NCBI GenBank assembly: GCA_965262115.1
Contig: OZ253496.1
Location: 928,001 to 992,000 of the forward strand
Reading direction: 5' to 3'
DNA length: 64,000 nucleotides
Source of the DNA: Nitrospinales bacterium
Lineage (GTDB): Bacteria; Nitrospinota; Nitrospinia; Nitrospinales; VA-1
Shown here: piece by piece, positions 41,636 to 54,701 of the stretch
Numbering within the stretch: position 1 is the stretch's first letter
Layout: every line of letters starts with the position of its first letter
Notes under the pieces: generated by a model
Database searches by the model: none
What the model was told of the DNA's origin: nothing
Seen by the model: the letters and a program-made list of their open reading frames with translations, nothing else
Made by a program: the position numbers and the translations under genes

Positions 41636-42399
41636 CCTTTCCCCACCACCACTCTTCCCAGAGTGAACACATAAACCTTCCCGGCTCCATTTTTCTTTAA
41701 TATCTTTGCGGCCTCATCAACCGTTGCTCCAGTTGTGAACACGTCGTCCACCAACAGAATATTTTTTTTCACGACCAGTTCGGGACGATTGATCTCAAAG
41801 GCTCCTTTAATGTTATGAGCTCTTTCTACACGGGTCATGGTCGCTTGCGGATTGGTGGCCTTGACCCGCCGCAACAATCCACCTTCAAGAGGTAGTTTTA
41901 AAATCCTCGCAACTTGCCGGGCAATAAGAAAAGCCTGGTCAAACCCCCTCTCCTTCATTTTGTTGAAATGTAACAGCACCGGAGAAACGGTAAAATCCTG
42001 ACAAAAACCCGGGTTCTCCTCAAAATATTTTTCCAGAAGGCGGTCTATTTCTGGGAGCACCCCCATCTGCCTGCGATATTTGAAATGGTGAATGGTTGTT
42101 CTTAAAACCGTGTCATAAAATCCCATGCTTCTGGCCTGATCAAATTGATAAGGGCTTTGTCGGCAAACCCCGCACACAAACTCTTCATGCGGATAGGCAT
42201 AAGACAGGTCCGCCGACACCCCGCACTGAAAACAATACGGCTGTCGAATAAACCCGATATCATTCCTACAGCTGGGACAGAGGAAATACTCCTGGATTTT
42301 GCCATCACAGGAAATACAGTTCTGCGGAAACACAAAATCCAAAACCTTTCTGAACCCGCGCAAAACCCCAGCGACAATTTTTTCCGATCCAACCTGCAT
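41605..42399 (-). CDS. comF: ComF family protein (double Zn ribbon plus PRTase)
   Basis: Four CxxC motifs, ERGFDQA and LLVDDVFTTGAT. Confidence 0.88.
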   Translation of the reverse strand: MQVGSEKIVAGVLRGFRKVLDFVFPQNCISCDGKIQEYFLCPSCRNDIGFIRQPYCFQCGVSADLSYAYPHEEFVCGVCRQSPYQFDQARSMGFYDTVLRTTIHHFKYRRQMGVLPEIDRLLEKYFEENPGFCQDFTVSPVLLHFNKMKERGFDQAFLIARQVARILKLPLEGGLLRRVKATNPQATMTRVERAHNIKGAFEINRPELVVKKNILLVDDVFTTGATVDEAAKILKKNGAGKVYVFTLGRVVVGKGAPLRGASWQ

Positions 42400-42592
42400 A
42401 ATTCCTCACTGGTCTTCTTAAAGAACCGTGGGCGGCCATGCCCTCAAATATGTTGATCAAACTTTCACGAACCCCCTTGCTTTTTTAGACCTATCAACCT
42501 GAAAAACAAGGCGTTAAATACCAAGGTTTTTATATTTTTCTGGAAATTTTTATGCTAAAGTTCCTTCCTCAATCACTCTCACAAAAAATCTG

Positions 42593-43789
42593 ATGAACAA
42601 GAGCATCATCCAGCTTACGGAAAAACACGTCGCCGGGACTTACGGACGTTACCCGATTGCCCTGGTCAAAGGAAAAGGTTCCAAGGTCTGGGACAAGTCG
42701 GGAAAACAATACATCGACTTTGTCAGCGGACTTGCCGTTGACAACCTCGGACATTGTCATCCCTCGGTGGTCTCGGCCATAAAAAAGCAGGCCGAAACAC
42801 TGATCCACGTTTCCAACTTATATCATATCGAACCGCAATCCCAATTGGCGGAAAAACTAACGTCCTTGAGTTTTTCCGACAAAGTATTTTTCTGCAATAG
42901 CGGAACAGAAGCCAATGAAGGCGCGATCAAACTCGCCCGAAAGTATTTTTTCGATCAGGGGCAGTCCAAGCGAACCGAAATCATCACCATGCACAACTCG
43001 TTTCATGGCCGCACCCTGGGTTCACTCTCGGCAACAGCGCAGATGAAATTTCACACCGGGTTCAAACCGCTTCTTCCAGGCTTCAAATATATTCCATTTA
43101 ATGATTTGCCATCGGCCCGGAAAGCAATAACGCAAAAGACCTGCGCCATTCTGGTTGAGCCCCTGCAGGGGGAAGGCGGACTGAACATCCCCGATCCTTC
43201 CTACCTGAAAGGACTGAAAAAGCTCTGCCAGGAACATGGCATTCTTCTAATTTTTGATGAGGTGCAAACAGGCTTCGGGCGCACGGGAAAAATGTTCGCC
43301 TATGAACTCTATAAAACAAAACCGGATATCATAACGCTGGCCAAAGCTTTGGGAGGCGGCGTTGCAATAGGAGCTCTGGCGGCCACCAATCGGGTTATGA
43401 AATCTTTTGTCCCCGGCACCCATGCCGCAACCTTTGGCGGCAACCCCCTAGCCTGTGCCGCCGCCTTGGCATCCTTAAAAGTGCTGACCGGAAAAAACTT
43501 TTTGGACAAAGCCAACGCCACAGGAACATATTTTTTAAAACGCCTGAAAGAAATCGCCAAAAATAACCCTATCGTCAAAGAAGCCCGTGGCATGGGAATG
43601 TTTCTCGCACTGGAGTTGAACAAACCGGGTGGTGACGTGGTCATCGACTGCATGGACCGTGGTTATTTGATCAACTGCATCCAGCTGAACGTATTGCGGT
43701 TTATCCCGCCGCTAAATATTTCCCGAAAAGACATCGACAGTCTGATTCCTGTGCTATCCGATAGCCTTACAAAGCTGATCGATAAATAA
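42593..43789 (+). CDS. argD: Acetylornithine aminotransferase
   Basis: NSGTEANE, FHGRT, EPLQGEGG, DEVQTG and LAKALGGG. Confidence 0.95.
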   Translation: MNKSIIQLTEKHVAGTYGRYPIALVKGKGSKVWDKSGKQYIDFVSGLAVDNLGHCHPSVVSAIKKQAETLIHVSNLYHIEPQSQLAEKLTSLSFSDKVFFCNSGTEANEGAIKLARKYFFDQGQSKRTEIITMHNSFHGRTLGSLSATAQMKFHTGFKPLLPGFKYIPFNDLPSARKAITQKTCAILVEPLQGEGGLNIPDPSYLKGLKKLCQEHGILLIFDEVQTGFGRTGKMFAYELYKTKPDIITLAKALGGGVAIGALAATNRVMKSFVPGTHAATFGGNPLACAAALASLKVLTGKNFLDKANATGTYFLKRLKEIAKNNPIVKEARGMGMFLALELNKPGGDVVIDCMDRGYLINCIQLNVLRFIPPLNISRKDIDSLIPVLSDSLTKLIDK

Positions 43790-43819
43790 CAAACCTTTAA
43801 GTTTTAACAGAACCTGAAA

Positions 43820-44716
43820 ATGAATAAAGATCTACTAACCATCAGCGATTTCAGCCAAGAAGAAATTCTTGACCTGTTTAAAAAGTCCGCCGACCTCAAG
43901 GAAAAGCGCCAAAAAGGAATCGAGCATTTTCCTTTAAAAGGCAAGACCCTAGGGATGATATTCAACAAACATTCCACCCGAACCCGCATATCGTTTGAAG
44001 TGGGCATGTTTGAACTTGGCGGTCATGCGCTGTTTATGACCGGCGACCAACTTCAGTTGAAACGCGGTGAAACTCTTAGGGATTCAGCCCATGTCCTCTC
44101 CCGCTACCTGAATGGTATTCTGATAAGGACTTACGATCACGATGAAGTCATCGCTCTTGCCGAGCATGCTACGATACCGGTGATCAACGGACTTACCGAT
44201 CTAAATCATCCCGTGCAGATTCTTTCAGATATTTTTACCATCCAAGAAAAACTCGGTGGCATCGAAGGGGTGAAAGTGGCTTATGTTGGCGACGTAAATA
44301 ATGTCGCCTATTCATGGATGATGGGAGCTTCATTAATGGGCATGCACTTGGTGATCGCCTGCCCTAAAAGCTGCCAACCCAATCCGGCTCCCCAACTGAG
44401 CGGGAATGGCAAGGTCGAAATTATTGAGGACCCTTTTGAAGCAGTCAAAAATGCGGATATCATTTATACCGATGTATGGATAAGCATGGGACACGAAGAA
44501 GATACGGAAAACAAAAAAAAGCTTCTTCTCCCCTACCAGATAAACCAGAAATTGGTCGATGCCGCGAAAAAGGATGCTATGGTGATGCACTGCCTTCCCG
44601 CGCACCGGGAATTGGAAATCACATCGGAAGTTCTGGATGGCAAACATTCCATTGTTTTTGACCAGGCTGAGAACCGGCTCCATGTTCAAAAAGCTATCCT
44701 TGAAACATTGTTATAA
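43820..44716 (+). CDS. argF: Ornithine carbamoyltransferase
   Basis: STRTR, HPVQ, WISMG and HCLP. Confidence 0.96.
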   Translation: MNKDLLTISDFSQEEILDLFKKSADLKEKRQKGIEHFPLKGKTLGMIFNKHSTRTRISFEVGMFELGGHALFMTGDQLQLKRGETLRDSAHVLSRYLNGILIRTYDHDEVIALAEHATIPVINGLTDLNHPVQILSDIFTIQEKLGGIEGVKVAYVGDVNNVAYSWMMGASLMGMHLVIACPKSCQPNPAPQLSGNGKVEIIEDPFEAVKNADIIYTDVWISMGHEEDTENKKKLLLPYQINQKLVDAAKKDAMVMHCLPAHRELEITSEVLDGKHSIVFDQAENRLHVQKAILETLL

Positions 44717-44794
44717 AAACCCAATCAAATGATACAGTTGTGATCATCAAAACAGGTTTCAAAAAATAAAATTCCAACCAACACAAAGACTGCA

Positions 44795-47594
<2,800 letters not shown>

Positions 47595-47677
47595 ACGCTA
47601 CAGAGTCAGATTCCTTCTATGATTCCAAGAATCTTGAATTCGTGAATATCATAGCCGGAACGCCGAGGCAGGGAAGA

Positions 47678-47962
47678 TTACACCACCGCCTTGAGAAGTT
47701 CCAACTTTTGAGAATCTAACTCATTGATGAAGTGTTCGAAAATGCGTTCGGGAAAGTAAAGTGTCAGGTTGAGTTTCATCAGCTGGTAAATAAACTGACT
47801 GCCTGACCGCATCGGGTTCGCTCTCAGAGGTTTGTATTCCACATGGCCTTCCAGCATGAAGTCCGCCATCTCCTTCCAATCTTCCCCGACTTTGTTCAGG
47901 TTCTCGCGGATGAGAGACAAGAGTCGCCCCTGTTCAGGAAGTTCGTAGCTATAGCTGGGCAT
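47678..47962 (-). CDS. Hypothetical protein
   Basis: 94-aa ORF starting 4 nt after the upstream stop, same strand. Confidence 0.6.
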   Translation of the reverse strand: MPSYSYELPEQGRLLSLIRENLNKVGEDWKEMADFMLEGHVEYKPLRANPMRSGSQFIYQLMKLNLTLYFPERIFEHFINELDSQKLELLKAVV

Positions 47963-47966
47963 TTTA

Positions 47967-48818
47967 TTAAGTGTTCTCCGCGATCAACCGGGCTCTTAAA
48001 GCCAGAAACAATGGAATTTCTTTTCGAGCCCGGTTTTCAGCCTTGGACCGCTTGCCTGGCAGACTGTTCTTGTTGGAAATCCATTCCTCCATCGCATCAA
48101 CACAGAACCCGGCTTTGACCAACGCGGAAACATAACTCTGCATCGGACGATGGTAGGTGAGCGTGAACGATTTGGAATCGGCAAAGGGAGGAGTCAGAAT
48201 AGGAACGTTGGTCTCCGTCATATAGTGGTCCACACGCCGGTATTCCAGTTTCTTTTCTTCATCCCACCCCCAATGAGTTTGGCGGGGAATACGAAAACAC
48301 GGGTGCGTCATCACCACCACAAAACATTTGCGCGGTTTCAACCAGCAGGCCGCGCTTTTAAATAGCAGGTCCATCTTTTCGATATTTTGTATCGCCATCA
48401 GGCAGGCAATGCCATCGAAGCGGTCTTCTTCAAAATTTTTGGTATCGCTGGCGTCTCCCACATGATAGCGGACAGATGGACCCGAACGCGTCCGGGCGAA
48501 CTTCAACAGTTCCGCCGAGGAATCCAGCCCCTCAACTTGAATACCCTTGCGCGACAAATAGCGGGAAAAAACTCCCTGACCGCAAGCCAGATCGAGAACG
48601 CGGTCTTTTTTAGTGACTGCCAGTAAACGGAATACGCCGGGCATAATAATGTCTTTTTGAAAATCGGTGCCCTGACCGCCGACCAGTGAGTCATACCACC
48701 GGGACGCCTGATCCCAAAGCGTCAGCTCTTTCTTTACTAATTTCTTTGTCGATTTCTTTCCCGAAGACGTTACTTTTAATTTTCTGTTCTTGTCTCGGGA
48801 GTATTTTTTATTTTTCAC
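47967..48818 (-). CDS. Class I SAM-dependent methyltransferase
   Basis: VLDLACGQG, LKP, THPCF and YHRP. Confidence 0.88.
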   Translation of the reverse strand: MKNKKYSRDKNRKLKVTSSGKKSTKKLVKKELTLWDQASRWYDSLVGGQGTDFQKDIIMPGVFRLLAVTKKDRVLDLACGQGVFSRYLSRKGIQVEGLDSSAELLKFARTRSGPSVRYHVGDASDTKNFEEDRFDGIACLMAIQNIEKMDLLFKSAACWLKPRKCFVVVMTHPCFRIPRQTHWGWDEEKKLEYRRVDHYMTETNVPILTPPFADSKSFTLTYHRPMQSYVSALVKAGFCVDAMEEWISNKNSLPGKRSKAENRARKEIPLFLALRARLIAENT

Positions 48819-48904
48819 CGGTATTAATCCGTTTCGTTTTCATCTATAATAATAAGCGAGTGATTATTCACCCCTCAAGTCATTTCACCAACACATCCAA
48901 CCTT

Positions 48905-49363
48905 ATGCGGAAACCAAACCATTTACGAACAGTCATAGCAATTCTTTTGCTTCTTCTTGTTGCTTCCGTCTCCTGTAAAACGCTGGGCGGCTTCCATAAA
49001 AACCAGGAAGACCTGGACTTAAGCATCAAGGCGTATAACCATGAGTTTGAAAGCAAAATGATCGACAGGAGTGCCCGTTTCATCCACCCGACTTACCGCT
49101 CGGAATATATGGCTAAATCTCCGGAGATAGCCAAACGCATCACTATCTTTGAAGCAGCCGTTTTAGACATCAAACTTTTTAATAACGGGGTACCGCTCGC
49201 CATTGGATCCGAAAAAGATTTTAACCGGGCCATTGTCGTCATCCGCTACCAAATGGCCCTATTGCCCAGCACCAAATTACAAACCCTTAACATCGAGCAG
49301 GAATGGCTGCTCTATCAGGGGCAATGGGTTATCATCCCCGACCTGAAAGCGTTTCTTGGATAA
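48905..49363 (+). CDS. Putative lipoprotein
   Basis: ATG at 48905; basic plus hydrophobic signal ending ASVSC. Confidence 0.7.
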   Translation: MRKPNHLRTVIAILLLLLVASVSCKTLGGFHKNQEDLDLSIKAYNHEFESKMIDRSARFIHPTYRSEYMAKSPEIAKRITIFEAAVLDIKLFNNGVPLAIGSEKDFNRAIVVIRYQMALLPSTKLQTLNIEQEWLLYQGQWVIIPDLKAFLG

Positions 49364-49379
49364 CAGGCCATGGCAATGG

Positions 49380-50081
49380 TCACGCTGGCAAAACTACCTC
49401 AACGGCTTTGTTCAAAGAAATCGTGGTCGGGGTGACCTTGCAATTCATCCCATAAAGTTCCACCCCTTTATCACGCGCCTTTCGCAACCAACCCCCAAAC
49501 ACCGGGTCAATATCATCATTACAGGTGATGGATCGTGTATCGGATCTTTGCGAAACAAACACCACGGCACCCCGGTAGCCTTTTGCGCAAAACTCCATTA
49601 ACTCCTTAACATGTTTGACCCCTCTCTCTGTCGGTGCATCGGGAAACCTGCCCAGCCCTTTTTCGACCAGACTCACCGATTTCACCTCAACATAAGCGGG
49701 GCTTAGCGGAAACGTCAACCGGAAATCGAAGCGGCTATTTTTCACTTTCACTTCGCCGACAAAGTCGGAATAACCCTTGAGAAAAGGAAGTGTCCGTTCC
49801 ATCAATGCATCTTTGATGAGGGCATTGGCAAACACCGGGAATGTCGACACCCATATAGAACCGTGCCGCACCAAAACCAGTGTGTATTCCGTTTTACGTT
49901 TTGGTCCGGGTTGGTGGACCAGCCGCACTTTTCTGCCAGCCAGCAATAACCCAGGCAGCCGTCCGGGATCGGGAACATGGGCTAGAACCTCCTTCCCCTC
50001 ACCCCCCACTTCGACACGCGCCAAATATCGGTTCGGCCGCTCCAGAAAAATACCATCAACAATGTTCTCGCCGAATCTCAA
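49380..50081 (-). CDS. sfsA: Sugar fermentation stimulation protein SfsA (PD-(D/E)xK nuclease)
   Basis: RPNRY, SRFDF, VEVKS and FPDAPTERG.KH; TTG at 50081 with GGAAAGG preferred as start. Confidence 0.92.
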   Translation of the reverse strand: MRFGENIVDGIFLERPNRYLARVEVGGEGKEVLAHVPDPGRLPGLLLAGRKVRLVHQPGPKRKTEYTLVLVRHGSIWVSTFPVFANALIKDALMERTLPFLKGYSDFVGEVKVKNSRFDFRLTFPLSPAYVEVKSVSLVEKGLGRFPDAPTERGVKHVKELMEFCAKGYRGAVVFVSQRSDTRSITCNDDIDPVFGGWLRKARDKGVELYGMNCKVTPTTISLNKAVEVVLPA

Positions 50082-50094
50082 AACCTGAGCCTTT

Positions 50095-50285
50095 CCATTG
50101 GGCGTGGGACCAATGAGCAATCTCTTTTTCTGGATAACGAATGGTCTAGACGGCTAAACAAACTATTGTCCTTTGCCATCACGGCACAAAGCTTTCGAAG
50201 GATACATCGACTACCCACCTCTGGGTCAATCGGCGGTCACATATGCGTTACCGCCGCATTGCCACCGGCGAATCGCCGGTTAGTG
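50095..50285. repeat. Degenerate repeat-family copies between nuoM and sfsA
   Basis: CCATTGGGCGTGGGACCAATGAGCAAT at 50095; minus-strand CCACTAA followed by a CCGGCGA-T-TCGCCGG hairpin and GCAAT at the nuoM stop. Confidence 0.65.
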
Positions 50286-51794
50286 GGAGGTTTCTTCTCC
50301 GGCATGGAGGTTGACCGTTTTTTCCAGATGCAGTAATGAGTCTACCGATGGGGTAATCCGGTCAATGAAAGGTTTGGGATAAAGGCCTATAAATATAATG
50401 AGCAGGCAGGCGGGCAAAATAAGTTTGAACTCACGCTGATCAATATCGGTCAATCCGTCGGGCAGGTTTTCCGACGTTTCCTGCATCGAGCCCTGAAACA
50501 TATACAGCATATATATGGAAGCGAAGACAATCGACAATCCACCCATCAAAACCAGAATACCCGATAACCCCGAAAACATGCTGGATGTCCAGACTCCCGC
50601 CAGAATCATAAATTCGCCGACAAAGCCGTTCAACCCGGGGAGTCCCAGGGCCGCCAGCATGATCAGCATGAAACTTCCATACAGAACAGGCATGGCCTTG
50701 CTCAAGCCGCGCAGTTCGTTCAAGTTGCGGGTTCCCATTCGCATCTCAATAAATGCGACGATCAAAAACAACGCCGATGCGATGATGCCGTGATTGACCA
50801 TCTGGAGCACACTGCCTTCGATGCCTGTTTCATTATGAGCAAAGATACCAATAACAATAAATCCCAAGTGACTGATACTGGAATAAGCCACCAGGGCTTT
50901 CAAATCTTTTTGCGCAATAGCGATCCAGGCTCCATAAACCATGCCAGTGGCGGCCAGAATCCCGATCACAACGGCAAAACTCTCCACCGCTTCGGGAAAT
51001 AACGGCAGGCAAAAACGTAGAAAACCATAAGCACCGGTTTTGGACATGGCTCCTGTCAACAGAATTAAAGCCGGAATGGGACACGCCACATAAGCGTGGG
51101 GCAACCAACTGTGCAGGGGAAAAACCGGAACCTTGATGGCAAAAGCCAGAAAAAAGAAGAAAAACATCCACATCTGCGTGGCCGGGTCAATATGCGTATG
51201 AGTCAGCACGCGCAAATCAAATGTCACGTCATGCGTGGCGCCATAATGTATCATTGTCAGGGAAAGAATCGCGACCAGCATCAGCAGACTTCCCACCAAG
51301 GTATAGATCACGAACTTCATCGTGGCATAGACCCGTCGGCCCTCTCCCCAAATGCCAATGAGAAAATAAGTCGGCACCAGCATCAGTTCCCAGAATACAT
51401 AAAATAAAATAGTATCGAGCGCCAGAAAGACTCCAAGCGTCCCCGCCTCAAGAGCCAGCATCAAGGCGACAAAGTTTCTGAGTCCTTCCTTCTGGGTGAA
51501 GGAAAACGAAATGGCAATGAATCCCAAAAACGCAGTCAGCACCACCATCCACAGGCTAATGCCATCTACCCCCACCAAATAATTGATATGCAGGGCAGGC
51601 ACCCAGTGGAACATCTGAACAAACTGCATTTCAGCATTGGCGGTATCAAACGAAAACAGTAACCACAAAGAAAGGGCAAAGCTTGCCCCTGCTGCACCCA
51701 CCCCAACCACCTTAACTGCAGCAGCATTTTCTCTGGAGACCATGAGAAGTCCGAATGCCGCGACAAGGGGTACGAATATAATGAGAGATAGCAT
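50280..51794 (-). CDS. nuoM: NADH-quinone oxidoreductase subunit M
   Basis: GVDGIS, FYVFWE, KVP.FPLH.WLP, SSISHLG and GFVGEF. Confidence 0.93.
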   Translation of the reverse strand: MLSLIIFVPLVAAFGLLMVSRENAAAVKVVGVGAAGASFALSLWLLFSFDTANAEMQFVQMFHWVPALHINYLVGVDGISLWMVVLTAFLGFIAISFSFTQKEGLRNFVALMLALEAGTLGVFLALDTILFYVFWELMLVPTYFLIGIWGEGRRVYATMKFVIYTLVGSLLMLVAILSLTMIHYGATHDVTFDLRVLTHTHIDPATQMWMFFFFFLAFAIKVPVFPLHSWLPHAYVACPIPALILLTGAMSKTGAYGFLRFCLPLFPEAVESFAVVIGILAATGMVYGAWIAIAQKDLKALVAYSSISHLGFIVIGIFAHNETGIEGSVLQMVNHGIIASALFLIVAFIEMRMGTRNLNELRGLSKAMPVLYGSFMLIMLAALGLPGLNGFVGEFMILAGVWTSSMFSGLSGILVLMGGLSIVFASIYMLYMFQGSMQETSENLPDGLTDIDQREFKLILPACLLIIFIGLYPKPFIDRITPSVDSLLHLEKTVNLHAGEETSH

Positions 51795-51805
51795 AGTTTT
51801 TCCGG

Positions 51806-53674
51806 TTACATGAATACGACAAACAATAAAATGGTCACCATGCCGACAACCATATTTAAAGCATAGGCGCGCACTTTCCCCGATTGCCAGAGACTGATGC
51901 CATGGCTCACCTCTTTAACCTGAAGGCCAACCTGATCAACAGTGAAGTCTATGCCTTCGCGTTCCCCTTTTTGCTCCATAAAAACACCTATGGCTTTTGT
52001 CGGGCGCACAATCAAAAAATCATAAATCTCATCCACATAATATTTGTGGAACAAGAGGTCATAAAGTGGAGCCATCGCTTCCTTAAGAAGGTCCATACGA
52101 TCCTTGCTCACCATATACAACAAGCCTGCAGCCGCAATCCCGCCAATACCTGCTGTTAGAGCTATGGCCTCCAACACGCTATCATGATGGTGCTCGACAA
52201 CACGACCAAACACCGGCGCCAGAAAGCTGTCAACCCAAGGCCCCAACAATCCGCCCAGCAAGGACAAACCAGCCAGAACTAGCAAAGGTATGACAATAAT
52301 CCCAGGCGATTCATGTGGGTGCGCCCCCGGACTGCGGAGCCTGCCCACAAAAGTGTACAAATAAACCCGGAAGATATAAAATGCCGTCATACCCGCCGTC
52401 AGCACCGCGATCGCCCAGAAAACAATGTTCCCCATCTCGGCATGGTAAGAACTTAGGATGATCGCTTCTTTACTGAAATAACCGCTGGTCAACGGAAACC
52501 CGGCCAACGCCAGAGCTCCGATTAAAAAAGTCGCATGGGTCAACGGCATGACATTTTGTAGGCCTCCCATTTTGCGGATATCCTGTTCGCCATCCAGCGA
52601 ATGAATCACGCTTCCCGCCGCGAGAAAGAGCAGAGCCTTGAAAAAAGCATGCGTCATCAAATGAAACATGCCCAGGCTGTAAACGCCAATGCCAACAGCC
52701 ATGAACATATAACCCAACTGGCTCATGGTGGAATAAGCAATCACGCGCTTGATATCATATTGAACCAATGCCATCGACCCGGCAAAGACAGCTGTAATGA
52801 TTCCTACCCCGGCAATAAAATACATGGTATAGGGAGCCAACTCATACAGCACATGGCAACGAGCGATTAAATAAACTCCTGCCGTAACCATCGTCGCGGC
52901 GTGAATCAATGCACTGACCGGGGTCGGACCTTCCATCGCGTCCGGCAACCAGGTGTGTAGCGGCAGTTGTGCAGATTTCGCAAACGCGCCCACCAGCAAC
53001 AACAAGGTGATCAAAAGCATGGTGTCATCATTGGGGCGGAACATGCCTGGCGCGGCCGCAAACACATCTATAAAGCTCAGCGTTCCAAACGACTCAAGAA
53101 TAACAAAGGCGGCGATAACCATTCCCACATCGCCAATCACGTTCATGACAAAGGCTTTGCGGGCTGCAAGTACAGCACTGGTTTTTTCGCGCCAGAACCC
53201 GATCAGCAAATAAGACGCAAGACCGACTAGCGCCCAGCCGACGATCAGGAAAAAGAAGTCGGCGGCCGCAACCAGCACCAGCATGGAAAAAATAAACAAG
53301 TTTAAATAGGCGAAAAACCGCGAGTACTCCGGATCATCATGCATATAGCCAACAGAGTAAACATGAATCACAAACCCAACACCGGTCACGATTAGAAACA
53401 TGAACACCGATAGCGGATCCACAAGAATCGCCAGATCCAACTTGAGCGATCCCGCCGACACCCACTGGTAAAGAGTCTGAACATGCCCGACCCGTTCTTC
53501 AGGCGGCAAAAACAAAAGATTGCTTAACGTCACCAGCGTCATGAAAAACGACGCGCCCACGGTTCCGCAACCAACGAGCCCAGCCAGTTTCTCGGAAATG
53601 CAGTTCCCGTACCAGCTCAGGCCAATAAACCCAAGAAGAGGAAACAAAAGTATGAGCCAGCTACTTGCGAACAA
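51806..53674 (-). CDS. nuoL: NADH-quinone oxidoreductase subunit L
   Basis: KSAQLPLHTWLPDAMEGPTPVSALIHAATMV and HAFFKALLF. Confidence 0.96.
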   Translation of the reverse strand: MFASSWLILLFPLLGFIGLSWYGNCISEKLAGLVGCGTVGASFFMTLVTLSNLLFLPPEERVGHVQTLYQWVSAGSLKLDLAILVDPLSVFMFLIVTGVGFVIHVYSVGYMHDDPEYSRFFAYLNLFIFSMLVLVAAADFFFLIVGWALVGLASYLLIGFWREKTSAVLAARKAFVMNVIGDVGMVIAAFVILESFGTLSFIDVFAAAPGMFRPNDDTMLLITLLLLVGAFAKSAQLPLHTWLPDAMEGPTPVSALIHAATMVTAGVYLIARCHVLYELAPYTMYFIAGVGIITAVFAGSMALVQYDIKRVIAYSTMSQLGYMFMAVGIGVYSLGMFHLMTHAFFKALLFLAAGSVIHSLDGEQDIRKMGGLQNVMPLTHATFLIGALALAGFPLTSGYFSKEAIILSSYHAEMGNIVFWAIAVLTAGMTAFYIFRVYLYTFVGRLRSPGAHPHESPGIIVIPLLVLAGLSLLGGLLGPWVDSFLAPVFGRVVEHHHDSVLEAIALTAGIGGIAAAGLLYMVSKDRMDLLKEAMAPLYDLLFHKYYVDEIYDFLIVRPTKAIGVFMEQKGEREGIDFTVDQVGLQVKEVSHGISLWQSGKVRAYALNMVVGMVTILLFVVFM

Positions 53675-53678
53675 AAGA

Positions 53679-53978
53679 TTATCCTTTCAATACATCAATA
53701 TGGTCCACATCCATATCGTGCCGGGTGCGGAAAATGGTCAGAATGATCGCCAGCCCCACCACCACTTCCGCTGCCGCAACGGTCATGATCATCAGGGCAA
53801 ATATCTGACCATCCAGCGAATTCAGGAAACTGGAATAAGAGACCAGAAGAAAGTTAACCGAATTGAGCATCAATTCGACAGACATGAACATGATGAGAGG
53901 ATTCTTGCGAATGACAAACCCCGCTGTCCCTACACAGAAAATAGAAGCGCTGATAAGTAAAACAAATTGTTCACCCAT
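53679..53978 (-). CDS. nuoK: NADH-quinone oxidoreductase subunit K
   Basis: SVELMLN, GQIF and AAAEVVVGLA; ATG at 53978. Confidence 0.95.
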   Translation of the reverse strand: MGEQFVLLISASIFCVGTAGFVIRKNPLIMFMSVELMLNSVNFLLVSYSSFLNSLDGQIFALMIMTVAAAEVVVGLAIILTIFRTRHDMDVDHIDVLKG

Positions 53979-53980
53979 AA

Positions 53981-54526
53981 TTACCTCACGCGCCTCCTCA
54001 AAGGAGCAAAAGAAAATTTTGCCAGACAAATCACACCCACCGCCGCGACTAAAAGGAGGCACGAAGCCATCTCAAACGCCACAATATGTTTTGAAAATAA
54101 TTCGAGACCAATGGCTTTCGCAGACCCAAACATTTCGGCAGGAATTTCACCTTGAACCTGCTTAGTCGGCCCCACAGTGGCTGACAAATACAATTCCCCC
54201 AGCAAGGTGAACACGAAAGCGAGAGCCATCGACCGGTGCAACGAGTTTTCCTGAATTTCTTTTTTCCCGCCGAGAAGCGCAATGATAAACAAAAACAGGA
54301 TCATCACCGCTCCGGCGTAAACAATGATCTGGACTACAGCCAGAAACTCTGCATTATAAAGGAGGAACAAAAGGGCCAAACAAATCATGTGGCCAATCAG
54401 GTACAAGGCGCTGTAGATCGGTGAGGAGCATAGAATGACCCCCAGGCTGGCAAGAACAGCCGTCACCCCAACCACGAAAATTACCGCATCACGCGTGAAG
54501 TCAAATACCGTAGCGATTTCCAACAC
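53981..54526 (-). CDS. nuoJ: NADH-quinone oxidoreductase subunit J
   Basis: AEFLAVVQIIVYAGAVMILFLF. Confidence 0.95.
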   Translation of the reverse strand: MLEIATVFDFTRDAVIFVVGVTAVLASLGVILCSSPIYSALYLIGHMICLALLFLLYNAEFLAVVQIIVYAGAVMILFLFIIALLGGKKEIQENSLHRSMALAFVFTLLGELYLSATVGPTKQVQGEIPAEMFGSAKAIGLELFSKHIVAFEMASCLLLVAAVGVICLAKFSFAPLRRRVR

Positions 54527-54557
54527 TCATCCACTCCTGAAAATAGAACAACCTCTA

Positions 54558-54690
54558 CCACTCGGCGTGGGGCTGTAAAACCCTTTCCATAAATTTCATG
54601 CCACGGAGGGGTACAATGAGCAATAGCCCCTTAGTCCAAAATAAACTCTTTATGCGCTGAAAATACTATTTAAGCCGCAAGCGGCTGTAT
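54558..54690 (+). repeat. Modular palindromic repeat copy between nuoI and nuoJ
   Basis: CCACTCGGCGTGGGGCTGTAAAACCCTTTCCATAAATTTCATGCCACGGAGGGGTACAATGAGCAATAG closely matches 4135-4200. Confidence 0.85.
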
Positions 54691-54701
54691 CGGCGCCATT
54701 T

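Noticed and set aside
50082..50120. N-terminal extension of SfsA (MLIGPTPNGKAQV)
   Set aside because: It is mostly encoded by a repeat copy; TTG at 50081 has an RBS and gives a typical SfsA start.
51086..51102. CCACATAAGCGTGGGGC inside nuoM resembling repeat module A
   Set aside because: The spacer is one base longer, no flanking modules are present, and the protein motif has normal length; likely coincidence.
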